In this document: piece after piece, positions 11,502-24,100 of the stretch
How positions within the stretch are numbered: position 1 is the first letter of the stretch
Layout: every line of letters begins with the position of its first letter
Source of the DNA: Klebsormidium nitens
Taxonomy: Eukaryota; Plantae; Klebsormidiophyceae
Assembly (NCBI GenBank): GCA_000708835.1
Contig: DF236994.1
Location: 186,001-250,000, forward strand
Direction: 5' to 3'
DNA: 64,000 bases
The notes under the pieces: model-generated
What the model was told of the DNA's origin: nothing
The model's input: the letters and a program-made list of their open reading frames with translations, nothing else
Databases searched by the model: none
Made by a program: the position numbers and the translations under genes

Positions 11502-14500
11502 CTAAACGCTCTGATCGCCCCACCGCACGTTGTATTTGGCGGCCAGATAGTGAGCCCCAATGGGCCCCCTGCTGCCGTACGGATACAACTCGGGCGCCAC
11601 CTGCTTCTCCTCCAATTCCTTGAGCAGCGGTGTGAACAGCTTCCAGGCGGCGGCCAGCTCGTCGTCCCGGATGAACAGCCGCTTGTCGCCGTTGATCACG
11701 TCCAGGATCAGGCGCTCGTACGAGTCGGGGAACTCCTTCTTCTTATACCTGGAGGACAGCAAACCAGATGAGTTCAAGCGGACTCTACCCGAGGAGGACG
11801 GAACATATGCAGATGACGTTCAAAGGCGCTCGTTCGGCGCTCGTTCGAAACGAGGACCTTTTTCCTCATATACGTGAAGTGTTGGGAAAAGAAACACGAG
11901 CGAAATGGTAACGGGCCGGGGGGGGATTCCAAAGTCGATATTTTTCAAAGTTGAGGCGCCGGGGGGAATGTCATCCACAGTGCGATCTAGATATGACAAA
12001 AGCGTGCAGTGCAGACAACGGGCGCACTGAGCTCGTCAATGCAGACCAGTACGTAGGACCAGAACGAAAAGAAGTCATTGTCGACTCAACCGATGACGTC
12101 GACAAGGGCAACTGGAGATCACATGAACATTCTAAGAGTGACATAAGAAGCGGCACTACGAAAGCCTCTACCATGACTGTCCAAGATACGCCCCACCAGA
12201 GTCGAAGCCGCGAAGTAAGCCTGCAAACTTGAGCAAATAGCGACCAAATGAGCGACGCGCTCCCCACCTCTCTGCATATTGCAGGTTGAGGTTGCTCCGG
12301 TCGAGCCGCACCCCGAGCCCCGGCACCTTGTTGTTGATCTTGAGGTAGATCGCCTCGTCCGGCTGCACTCGCATCACCAGCTCGTTCGTCGCCTTGTCCA
12401 GGTCCGTCCCGAAGCTGTTCTTGTATAGGTTCCCCGGCACGTGCCGGAATTGGATGCGGATCTCCGCGCGCTTGTCGTTGAGCGCCTTGCCGGCCTTCAT
12501 CAAGAACGGGACGCCGTCCCAGCGCGCGTTGTCGATGAACATCGCAATGCAGGAGAAAGTGGGCGTGATGCTGTTGCTGGGCACCGTTTTGTCGTCGGTG
12601 TATGCGGGGTACGAGACGCCGCTCTTGCTCGTGTGCTCCTTGTACTGGCCGACCACGACGTCCTCGAGCCGGATCGGCTTCATCGAGCGCAGCGCCTTTA
12701 CCTGAGAAGAAGAAGGGTTTGACAAAGCGTTAGGAAATGGGTTGGAAAAAGGTTTGTGAAGAGTGACGAGGAAGTCCTCGAGACGAATCAGCTTCATCAA
12801 GCGCAGTACCTTGACCTGAGGTCGTAAGACAAGAAAAGGGTTTGAAAAAGGGTTAGGAAAAGGGTTGGAAGAAGGGTTGTGAAGAGCGACGGGACGTTCT
12901 CCAGACGGATCGGCTTCATCGAGCGCAGCACCTTTACCTGAGGTCGTAAGAAAAGATAGAAGGGTTTAAAAAGGGTTAGGAAAAGGGTTGGAAAAAGGTT
13001 TGTGAAGAGCGACGAGGACGTCCTCCAGACGGATCGGCTTCATCGAGCGCAGCGCCTTTACCTGAGGTCGTAAGGGGAAAAGAAGGGTTAGGAGAGGCTT
13101 GACCTCCAGCCGATTTAGCTTCATCAAGCGCAGCACCTTCGCCTGGAGCCGCCAGGCAAGAGGGGCTCTCTAGAGGAGTATGAGCGGGGTAGGACAGAAG
13201 TCGGGCTGGAAGTTGGCAAGAAGAAAGAGGCCGAAGACTGCTTTTCTGCAGAAGTGTTGAGGAAAAGGCTCTACATAAGTGAACTACTTCAATCAACAGC
13301 AGGCTAAAAGTGACACGGCACGATGTCAGAACGGAAGCGTCCAACGGACTCAGAGATTTTCGATACACACTGACTTTGTCGGGAGCAGAAGAACCGCTTA
13401 CAGATCTCTTCAGAATGTAAGCGCAACTCCTTTGGAGTAACCAGCCACAATTGCAGGTTCGGCCGAATACAAGTTCGAGGGGCAGTACAATCCTACCTTT
13501 TCGTTTCTGATGTCCTCGGCCGCGAGCGAGACGGGCGGCTCCATCGCCAGCAGAGCGAGGAGCTGCAACAGGTGGTTCTGCATGATGTCACGGATGATGC
13601 CGTAGTTATCAAAGTACCTGCATGACAGAAATGTCAAGTAAGGAATCTAAAACCTGTGGAGATCCGAAAGTGGACGGGTAGAATTAGACGAAGAGCTCAG
13701 GGGTCCGTTAGGGAGTAACATGAGAAATGAGGGCGTTGAATTCCCTGCTGATCTTTAGATCATCAATTCCAGACATGCACAGGGAGGAGACGAGCCGCTG
13801 CGAAGCTTTGGGGCTTCCATGCTCCGTCTGCCTTGATGCGCCTGGCGCAAGCGGATTCTACCGCAAATTTCGGCTTCGCGAAAAGTACTCTCGTTGAAAG
13901 AGCGGTACTTGCTTCTTTGTCGTATGGTGCCTTTTTCTATGTTTCCCAGTACGAGCGTCCAGAAAGGGAAGCCCCTGTGCCCGTCACTTAAAAGGCTCCT
14001 CGTCTGCAAGCGCTATTTAACTCTCCTTTCAAGACAGTTAGGAGATTTCACCCGACCAGCCCCAAAAAGAAGACTCTTCCTAACCAGCGGAAGCTTAAAC
14101 GCGGAATCGTCTATTGGACATCGTCACAAGAAGCCGACACCGGGTGACACGTCAGCACTCACCCGCCCCGGCCCTCTGTGCCAAAGTCCTCCGAGAAGAT
14201 GATCTGCACATTGCGGATGAACTGCCGCGACCACAGAGGCTCGAAGATCAAGTTGGAAAACCGCAACACCGACAGGTTCTCCACCAGCTCCTTCCCGAGG
14301 TAGTGGTCGATTCTGGAGGTAAGAAGATGAGATTAGGGTGCGCGTCAACCGAAAAGCTCCAAAAAGCTTTCCCAAATTTTTAGGCAGTTGGATGGCTTGT
14401 CATATCCACGTGGTGACCCGAGGTACATACCAGAGGAGTATTGATACTGTATTATGGCTTGAAAAGTACTGTACCTCCTACCTGTCGGTACTGCAAGGGC

Positions 14501-17145
14501 AACGCTGGAGGCCAAGTAGGTTTTTGGCAACCTTAGGCAATGATTTGATACATCTGGGATGAAGCAGGGGCTGAAAGCATCTGGAGCTTCAAAGTGTTGT
14601 ACATGAATCTTCGAGGAATGGATGGGGACAACAACGACACATGGTCCCCGCCTCCTCCAAGGGAGTGGTTGGATTTGAAATAGAAGAGGCAGATCTCGGA
14701 ACGAGCGGTTAGCAGCGTGAAAGCTGTGCCTATGCGACTAACATGCACAACGACGGCCTATCTATCCATTGGAAGGAATGCATCAGAGCATCAGGCTGTA
14801 CTCTAAGAGAGACTGTTGCTTTCATATCAAGGGGCATTCATTGCGATGCTGTCATCAAAGAAAAATGTGTCTCCATCCACGAATGGAAGCACAGCGAGGT
14901 TGTGCTTTTTATCGGATTGAAAGCTCCTTAGCAAAACGGGAAGAGCGTAGGGCTTTGCCTTAGCAATAAGCGAAGTCCCTGAAATGAAAGTTGAAGGTGG
15001 ACAACTCTACACAATACGAAGGCGTGATTGTGGGGACCTACGAGTACAGCAGGTAAGGGAACATGAGGTTAGCCGCAAGCCAACAGGTGGTCTCCGTCAA
15101 GTCAACAGAAAACCTTCACTCGAAATGCCACCTCTCGCCTCCTCGTCTGCAACAACGATTAGCATCTGGTTCCTGACCAGGTTTATCCAAAGATAAAGCT
15201 TGGACTCACCTATAGATTTGGTCCTCAGATAGGTGCTCTGCCAGGCCCTGAGACAACTCCCCAGATGACTGAAGGTCCCGTCCAAACGGCTTCTCCACGA
15301 TAACACGCGTGTAACCGTTGGAGGAAGATGCTGCTCTGCTAGAACAGCGCGCGACATCCACAAAGATGTTGGGAGGGATGGAAAGGTAGAAAACGCGGTT
15401 GGCAGTTCGATCACCCTGAAGGAAGGATTGGGAGACTGCTTAGTTTCGGATTTCTATAATTGCAGAATGACGTGAACCAGTCCAGTGACCGGATGAGCTC
15501 AAATGGCTTTTGAAATGCGCACCGGTTCGGGACAGCTTCTTGAGAAATCAAATGCAAGGCATTTGCTGCTTCTTTATATCATCATGCGCCTCAAAAATAT
15601 CGCAGCTTGTCCAGCGATTGATGATCCTCTTTGGATTGCTGCGATTGCCCAACAACTGGCCGCTGCTCCTCGGAACTCTGTACATGCAGATGCCGCGAGG
15701 GAAGATAAGAAGCGCGCTGCTCACCTCCTGCTCGCGCAGTTTTGCGTCCAGCTCCTTGAATGAATCTTCTGAATCGTACTGACCGGCGTGGTAGAAGCAC
15801 CTCTTCAGAAAGTCCTCCTGCTTCTGTCCACAATTCTCCCTGCACAACAACAACATAGTCACATTGAGCTAAGCGCAACATCAAGCAGGTGTGCAAACTA
15901 CGACAGAAAGTAGGCCACTTAAGCAAACAGCTCATTCAGCTCCTTAGCCTGCCTTTGGCGAACCTTTGATTGCATCCTGGACGAATTGATGCTACTTTTT
16001 GTGTCACTCAGACTCTGCCGCAGACTCATTGCCAGCTGATTTATGGAACCTGCAAACTTCTGATCGCTCAACAAACTGAGACTCTGCCTGAAGGGACCAG
16101 CCAGCCAATCGATTGCCACTTACCTCTGATCAATTCTGCAGGTGAGTGTCGTACTGATCATGTCCCGCAGCTGCTCGTTTGTCATCTTGCTCCGCGCATA
16201 TCCATAGATGGTGAAATGCTGCAATCGAGAAAGCGCTCGTCAATTTTAGTGCCAGCAGAAGTGACAGTAACCACCACCCTGTCATCGATTCTAGCCAAAC
16301 AGGAACGCAGCCTGCCAAGGTCGCAGCAAATTGTGTTTTGGAGATGCTTCTGGACCATTCGTTTGTGATTGCGAATCCAGATACAAGAAGACAGGATGCA
16401 GTGTGCAGCCTGATATGAAAACCTGCTCTACGACTGTCTTCCTGCTGGATCTAGTTACAGTCTGTTGAATCTTACCATGATCACCTCATCGGTCCTTAGA
16501 GGGCAGGAAACCAGGCATGTTCCAATGCAATGAGAGGCAGCATTACAGAGCGGATTGTCATCATGTCAGACAGCTCCTCACAAAAGATCCTCCCAAATAA
16601 AGATTATGTGCTGATCTCCTCTCACAACTGGCGAGCCAATCTATCATAATAAGGCTCACCTTGGGCAGGTACCCTTCATAGAAAAGCGCAAAAAGGGCCG
16701 GGAAGATCTTCTTCTTGGCCAGATCCCCAGACGCCCCGACCACAGTCACGGAGCAAGTTGAGTCCTGGTCGACACCCCCCGTCTGCATGTCCTTAAAGTC
16801 TTTCTGAGCTTGCGGGCTGCTGCCTGCCTGGGGCTGCCGCGCAGGAGGGGCCTTCTCTGTCTTCTTCTCTGCCTCCTTTGGTGCTGCTACGCTTGCTGCT
16901 GCAACCGCTGCCCCATTCGAGCTCACAGGCTCGACAAATGCAACCCCATCCCGCACACTTGCAGATCTACGGGTCAGCTTTGCTGTGGCCCGCAGACCGA
17001 CATAATTGTCAACAAGAGGAAGAGCTAGCATTCTAGACTGGGCCCTCAGTGTGCTAGAGGGACTATCGAGCAAGGCATCGAAGGCGAGTGTGCCCGCTGA
17101 AAGCGACCGGGCTGCGCTCATGGCGGCGGCCGTCGCGAAGCCCAT
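11502..17145 (-). CDS. G6PD: Plastidic glucose-6-phosphate 1-dehydrogenase, ~617 aa, 8 exons
   Basis: Exons 17145-16660, 16218-16124, 15839-15725, 15415-15210, 14312-14163, 13617-13497, 12701-12268, 11748-11502. Motifs [34 protein letters not shown]. Ala/Ser-rich transit peptide and the plastid-type redox Cys pair [12 protein letters not shown]. Confidence 0.97.
12650..13145 (-). repeat. Five tandem copies of the G6PD exon-7 acceptor plus exon start (periods 114, 122, 124, 81 bp)
   Basis: cag|G(T/C)NAAGG(C/T)NCTGCGCT(C/T)GATGAAGC with AG at 12702, 12816, 12938, 13062, 13143, separated by pyrimidine/CTAAC-rich spacers. Confidence 0.97.
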
Positions 17146-18112
17146 TGCGGCAGCGGAGATCGACAAAGCGCCTACGTTCCCGCACAAACTATCTGATCGC
17201 GATATGGATGCGTGCAACGTACAAAGCGAACTACTGAAATGCTCTAAATCCTTCGATTGACTGCAGTGACCACCCTTCAAAAAGTGCAAAGCGAAAAGGT
17301 GAAGTGCTGCAGATGTTTGTCGTGCTGGCCACCCTTCTCCTCAGCTCATTGCTCAATGCAAGTTGCTGTAAACTTTGAGAATGCGGCTCGCAATCTCAGG
17401 CAAATGAAGCGCCGATTCTAAAGTCCGGGACATGCTCTCGCAACGTGTGCACCTTTCGACTGCGCGTTGTGCGAAAAGGCAAACTTGGACCAATCAGAAT
17501 GCAGCATTGTCCAGGGCCCCTGGAGAATCTTGACCGTCGAGGGCGTGAAACACTGGCTTTTAACCCGTCCGTAAAGGTGCCACGTTTCCAGCCGGCCTAA
17601 TCAAGCCATGCTGACCTGGCACTAGAGTCTAGACTCTGGAGCCATAATGACGGATCCGCTTCTCTAGTTCGGCTTTCGAAACCCTGTTGGGCCGGGGCGC
17701 GGCCCGCGAAGGGCGGCGCGGTTTATACGAGCCAACCGGCCGAATCGTGCGACTCGCATATGCAGATCGAGTGCAGACGTAGACGCATGCAGCTCGAATC
17801 ACCATGGCAGTGGGTCATTGAAGCTTGACAATCGGGACACGCGCGCCGGCTTCGATCATGCAGCAGAAGCGCAGCATGATTTTGTGACACCCCCGTTAAG
17901 CTGTGCCCTCCGCAGACAATCAAGGTCATGCAAGTATACAGGGCCGCTACTAGCAAACGCAGAATCGATCTCTTTTGCCTGAACACCATGAGCTTCCTGC
18001 ATTCCTTTTTGCAGCGACTCAAAGAACACTGGCGCTCGCGCACTTCCAAGTCCCCACCTGAACCGGCATCCTCCACTTCAGGCGATCAGGCCGACCCTGG
18101 CCTAGACACGGT

Positions 18113-19703
18113 ATGCTGCGCGTGACATGCAACGGTCGCCATGGCCAATTTGACGGCGCCGCGTGGCTGGAGGGCCGACACAAGGTGTTCTACGACGAGG
18201 GAAATGGAGCAGAAAGCTCTTCGAGGCGCGCTCTATTTGTGTCCGAGTTTGCTGCGCTCGCGGGCGTTTGGGACAAGAGAGTCTGCGCGCGCTTCATCAG
18301 GCTTGTGGATACTGGGGAGTCGTTCGAGGAGTACCGGGTAGCTAAGGGACCGGAGAGGCGCACTGCTCGCGAGAGAAAGGCTCTACTTGCGGACGAAGGC
18401 ATTCACATTGTCGAAGCAGACGAGCAGTCACCCAGGGGGAAGCGGGCTTTGAACAAACACAGGGAAGCGCTTGGTTTGAATGCCCTCCAGGGTGGTGGCT
18501 TTGCGCCGCCGCAGGAGGTGACTCAACTTCAGGGCGGTGGGAATGCGCCCCAGGGTGGCAATGCAGGGGCTGACGTCAGCAAGGTGGAACAAGGTCCTGA
18601 CAGCGCGCCACATGAGGGGAGAACTTCCAGAAAGAGAACTAGGAAGGGGAAGGAAAAGGTGGGCGACTTGAACGACGCTGACGTCAGCACGGATCAGGAC
18701 GACGAAGGCCCCAGCAAGCGGTCAAGGAAGGGCAAAGAGAAAGTGGCGGAGGACTGGGTGGCTGACGTCATCATGCCCCCTGCTTGCGAGTGCGGCGGCG
18801 AAACGCACGCAACGTTCGAGTGCCCGCTGTGCGGCGACTGCTGTGACTGTGAAGCGTGGGCGCTCGCGGCGTGCAGCCACGTGTACTGCGCCACGTGCCT
18901 CGTGCGCGCGATCAAAGCGTCCGTGGCGGACTCCAAGCTGTTCCAGTGCGTGACGTGCGAACTGGAGGGGGGGCAACGGAACGGAATAACGGAACCGGAC
19001 GTAGAGCTGCTGTGCGAGGGCCGGTTCCGCGAGCGCGCGCTGCACGAGGTCCTGCGCGACTACGTCATGAACAGTGTAAGAAAGCACTCGACTGATCCAC
19101 GACTGGAACGTGCCTGATCTCAGCAAGCCATCAGTTATGCTTCAGACACCATCAGCTAGGAAGCCGACATGTTTCAAACTTGTCAGACTATGTCAAGCGC
19201 TTATGACGTCATAGATGGCTGGTTGCCGGAGCCCAAATAAATTGGACAAATACCACACATGTTTTCGACACATTCCAGACATTCGATTCCCCTCTGAATG
19301 AGAGGATGTATGTCGACCGGTTGTTTTTGATGCCTGATCAACTCCAATAAGCTCCCAATAAGCGTCTAGTAAGTGTCGTTTTTCGAAGCAGGAGGGGGGG
19401 GTCGTGTGCGGGAGCTGCGGCGAGGCAAATCTGGTGTCTGACGTCACCGACTGGGACGACCTGCGGTGCCTTGCGTGTGGCGGTTACATGATGGGCAAGA
19501 GAATTGCGGAGGAGGCGGCGGATAAGGAGTTCGACAAGTGGAAGACGAAGCATAAGCATGCCACGTGTCCAAAGTGCGGGGCGGTGGTGCAGAAGACGGC
19601 CGGGTGCAACCACATGTCGTGCAGGTGCGGCGTCGCCTTCTGCTACCAGTGCTCGGATCCGCTCTCAGGATACAGCGGAACGTGCAAGTGTCATAAGAAA
19701 TAG
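18113..19703 (+). CDS. RBR (RING1-IBR-RING2) E3 ubiquitin ligase with N-terminal SAND-like region, ~424 aa, 2 exons
   Basis: Exons 18113-19075 and 19392-19703 (AGT|gtaag..gcag|GAG). RING1 CPLC..CSHVYCATC..CVTC, short IBR CGSC..CLAC, RING2 CPKC..GCNHMSC.C...FCYQC with catalytic Cys. Confidence 0.85.
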
Positions 19704-21192
19704 ATCGATGGTCTCATTGCTCAAGATATTCGCTTCTGGACAGATTGATAACGGGAATGCTCGGATACTGCACCGCTAGCATGGGACCCTTGTTTCTTCC
19801 ATCCTCGTGAGAAGCTTCGACTCGCAACCATACATTGAACACGCGCATGGAGTCAAGATTATATATATCAAAGCCGTGGAACCGCGCGAACTGTCCTCGA
19901 TTTCTGCTTCAGTGCCACCGTTCCGTCTCGGGGACGATTGAGATTCAACGGCTTACTTGAAACTATTCGTCAACCACTTTGGCCGACCCGGAGAGCTTGC
20001 AAGCGCTCTCACCAAACCTGGTTTAGTACGTCACATATGGCCTGTTCGATTGATGAAACCCCTGCGCTCGTTTCTGGAATCCACTTACTTCAGCAGTTCG
20101 AGAAGGTACCGACATGAGCTCCGCAGAAAGGAACGCCTCCCCCATCTGCAGTCCGACTTCCAGCTCGCTTACAAAAACCCAACGGTCTGCACTGTAGAGA
20201 GACATGTTGATTCATCAAGGACACAATCCAATCTGAAGGTGGATGCAGCGTCAGTCACAAAGAAGGGTCAGAGATGCATCCGATATAACGTTGTTTTAAG
20301 TATACTATGATACGCTCTACAAACTCGTAGCAAAGGAAGCGTTCGGCCGCGTGAGATCGCGTACGCGATCGATCGATCCAAGTACTGCTCGCTTGAAAGA
20401 TGCCTATAAAATTGCATCCGTCATGCGCGCTTCTGCTTTCTACACTGAGCATAGATGTTTAGCGGGGGGATGTTGTGCAGTCCAAGGCACAGTTAAAAAT
20501 TTACAGCGCTCGAGCGATATCCATGCGCTGATGATGTCGGATCGAATTGCATGCTTGTCACACTGATCGAAGCTTAATTGGCATCTGTACCGTCTCCTTG
20601 CATGGGGCTCAGTAGGTCCTTTCGTGCTCAACTCGGGAAAGGAAGTCCAAGTGCATCATGTTGCAATCTGCGGCGGTAAACGTTGATTCATACACAATAG
20701 CACATGGCGCAGCCGAGTCGATCTCTTTCCGAATTGTTCCTATACTCTTGCGGTGAGCAACTTTCCTCAATTCCTCAATTAATTCGGCATGCGTGATTTA
20801 TCACTCTTGAGCCGGTTGATCCGGCGGTGTCAATTGCAAAGTTTAAGTGCATGCAAGCCTGGAGCTGCGATTGTACGCGGGCGCCAATATGTTTAGATCT
20901 GACCGCGGGCTGTGGTTGAACGGGGGATGATGTATGCGGAATGCGGTCATTGAGCTCGATGCAGCCACGCCTCGCAAATCAGATTTAATGCATTTGATGG
21001 GTGACGCAGCTGCTGTTCGGATGATCGCAAACATAATTTCTCAAATTCTTGCATGCGCGTACCCTAGGACGCCCCCCGATCAAGATTCTGCAGCTACACA
21101 AGGATGGCCAGCCAAGTTCTGGAAACGCTTCTATTGAAGGCTTGACAGCGTATATACAATCTGTACAAATTTAACAGCAGACAAGCGACCAC

Positions 21193-24100
21193 TCATGAGA
21201 CGGCTCTCAGGCTTGTCATGCTTGCCTGTTTCTTGGACGGTCTGCTCGCATCTCCTTGATGCGTCCTTTTCACATTCCCTGAGAGCAACCTAGAAACACC
21301 AAACGCATCTATGCTTTTTTCCTTTGCGAGCAAATCGGCTTTTCTCCGCTTCTCATCAGGAAGCTCTACTCTCGCCTTTCCACTCACCCCTTCCTTCCCT
21401 GAACTCGAAGCCTGGAATATGGACGACGCTCTGATCGCCGCCCTCCGCTTTCGCCTATTCTCGTCAAAGCCAGACTTATTCGACACCCCATATCGGACCC
21501 GAGCGGCGGCTTCCGCATCTTCTTTGGCAGCGGGGAGTAATCGCAAACCAAGCCCCTTTTTCCGCGCTTCTACCGTCTCCTCGGCTACCCGCTTCTTTTG
21601 CTCCTGCATTACAATACAATTTGAGTACGCGCCTCTCGTTCGACCAGCGGACAATGACATCTTCGCTAAGAACAAGCGGACACTGACATCTTCGCTTACA
21701 TTTCAGCAAGCCTCGTTGGAAAAAGAGAGGGAAGAAAGATCTCATTATGCAACAGTCACGGAGCCAGGAAATGCTTTACGCAATGCTTGCAAGTTGGAGG
21801 GGAGATGGTATCAACTTACTCTTAGTTGCTTTCGCAGCGCCTTGTTTCGAGCGAACGGATCCGCGTGCTTTGCGTCGCTGTCGTTCTGCACGTGCAAAAG
21901 GAACTTGTCAGGCAGGCGTTGAGCGTGCTACCCTCGTTCGCAGATGCACCAAAGCTCGACTTCGCGATGTCTTTGATACTTTCCAGGTGCTTTTGACCGT
22001 GTCAAGAACAAATAACAAGGCGGCCGAACAGCTAGCCTCTTAAAGCCTCGACGATCTGGAGCAAAACAGAAGGATCGAACGAGCGTACGTCATTGCATGT
22101 CGCTAGAAAAAGAGAATGACACGAAATCTGGACGACAACCGGAGTCACTGCTTGCACAAGACTAGCAGGCTGTCTTATCTTACTGCCGAGATGATGAGCT
22201 TTATGCTGCGTTATCAAGCACTGCGGCACTGCGCCTTGAACTGGCAAGAGGAAAAGGTCTGACCCAGCATAGCGGCAGACGGACTCCAGAATCTCAGAGA
22301 CAACATTCACGAACGGTCACCAACCTTCAGCTGCGTCAGCAGAGGCACTGCCGTTCGGGCCCTCCGCACGTCGTCGCCAGCATGCTCCAGCTTGAAGAAG
22401 GGGTCCGCCAGCTTCTCACGGTCTGCATGAATGGGAGGACCGGCATTGAGCTGCCGACCTTCTCCTCGACTCTGTGCTGCGTTCTGAATAATATTCTTAC
22501 TGCTCCAATCAATCCTGTGATTGCTCTGCTTTTTCTCGTGGTTTATTTCCGTAGAGTTTAAACGCGTTCTGAAGTCCCTCAATCGCTCCAAATTTTCTTT
22601 CGGTTGGTCTGGCGCTTGAGCTGGCCGCGTCGCGCGACAGTCAGACCGAAGAGAAATGAGGCGAGTACGCCATTTGAAGAAGTCACTTCGCTCTTTTTGG
22701 AACGTCAACGCTGCTTAGACGAGGGTTGTCCAGCGAAGAAGGTTTGCCATACGTGCTTGTTGCGACAAAAATATTCCCTCAGCGCAAATTGCTCCGAAAC
22801 CGTGAGCCTTGACGCACCCCTTCGGCATCAACGCTTACAAATCAAAACGTAATAATCGAGTCCTTATATAAAATTGTGTTCAAAGGCTGACCTTCCTGAA
22901 TGTTGAGTTCTGCAGTGCCTGCATCTGCGGCATCGTATGTTTCCACCTTCTGCTTGGCGCCACGAACCTGCACAAGATATCCCCATCGTAAAAAAGGAGC
23001 CCGGAAAGGTGACCCTTTTTCAAAGCTTCAACTCGGTCGATACGAGCAGCATAGATTGACCTCCGCATCCGAAAAGCCAACGAGAAAGGCACAGAAACTT
23101 GAGCATACTTGTTGCCACTAGCAGAATTTGGACAAGAGTGCCAAACATTCAACGAATGAGTGGGGAACTCGGCCAAAGGTGGCAAGGAAAAGCTAACCAC
23201 GAACTCACTACTATGTACTGGGTACTCTTTGGGTCCGTCTGGATTTCAATCTCGGTCTGGCAGCACGGACTCTTCATAACAAAGGACCATATCTGCAAGA
23301 AGGGAAAGGAAACAATCAGAGTTTCGACGGGAGGCCTGTATCCATTTATCCAACTATTAGGCCTAAGAGGTGAGTCGGTACTCCCACTAGCCGCCTGGCC
23401 TTGCAATGACATATCATGCAGATATTCTCTTGAAGAAAATGGCCCCGCTTGCGAGGACCTTCGATACAAGCACTGAGAGCTGACCTTCAATACAAGCACC
23501 GAGAGCATTCAACTAAACAGACGCTGTGTTGTGAGGTAAAGAACACGTTCAGCACTTGTCTGACCAGCACAATTTAGGACCAAGGTCATTAGACGATTGT
23601 TTCAAGGCTCTGCTTGGTCATCTACGGAGCATCGCTGCCGCAGGCCGGTTCACACGAAAGAGGACCATATGAGAGGCTGCCACTCCTCCATCTGGATTGT
23701 TCTGCCTTGTTAAATATGGATTTTGGCGGCCCTTGTTTGCCGGGAAGGACAGCACACATCAGAGCTCAGAGAGTTGACCAGTGTAAGTACCTTCGTTGAA
23801 AAGTAGTTGCCAATCTGCTTCTTCTCGGCATTGAAGCGGACCCCAGTTGCAATCAGATGCCCACACCCCTCGCACCAGACCTTGAAGGGCATCTCGAACC
23901 TGCGGTTGTCATGCAAGAATGAGGGTAAGCGCTCAGAATTGTGCCCTGACCCATTCATCGGGGATTATACAAGGCCTTTGGGATCATAGGTAATCCTATC
24001 TGATAGAATTCACCACTACAGCAGGAAAGCTGCCAGCATATCTATCCACCTCGAATTCTGACAGTCACTTTGTCTAAAAAGAGGTCCAGATTCAGTCGAA

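Noticed and set aside
12650-13145. Repeat-spacer pattern superficially like a CRISPR array
   Set aside because: The repeats are G6PD exon sequence, the spacers are homologous to each other, the context is a eukaryotic intron, and there are no cas genes.
20355-20370. 16-bp perfect palindrome GATCGCGTACGCGATC followed by GATC repeats
   Set aside because: Single short instance with no associated element; plausible by chance in 64 kb of CpG-rich DNA.
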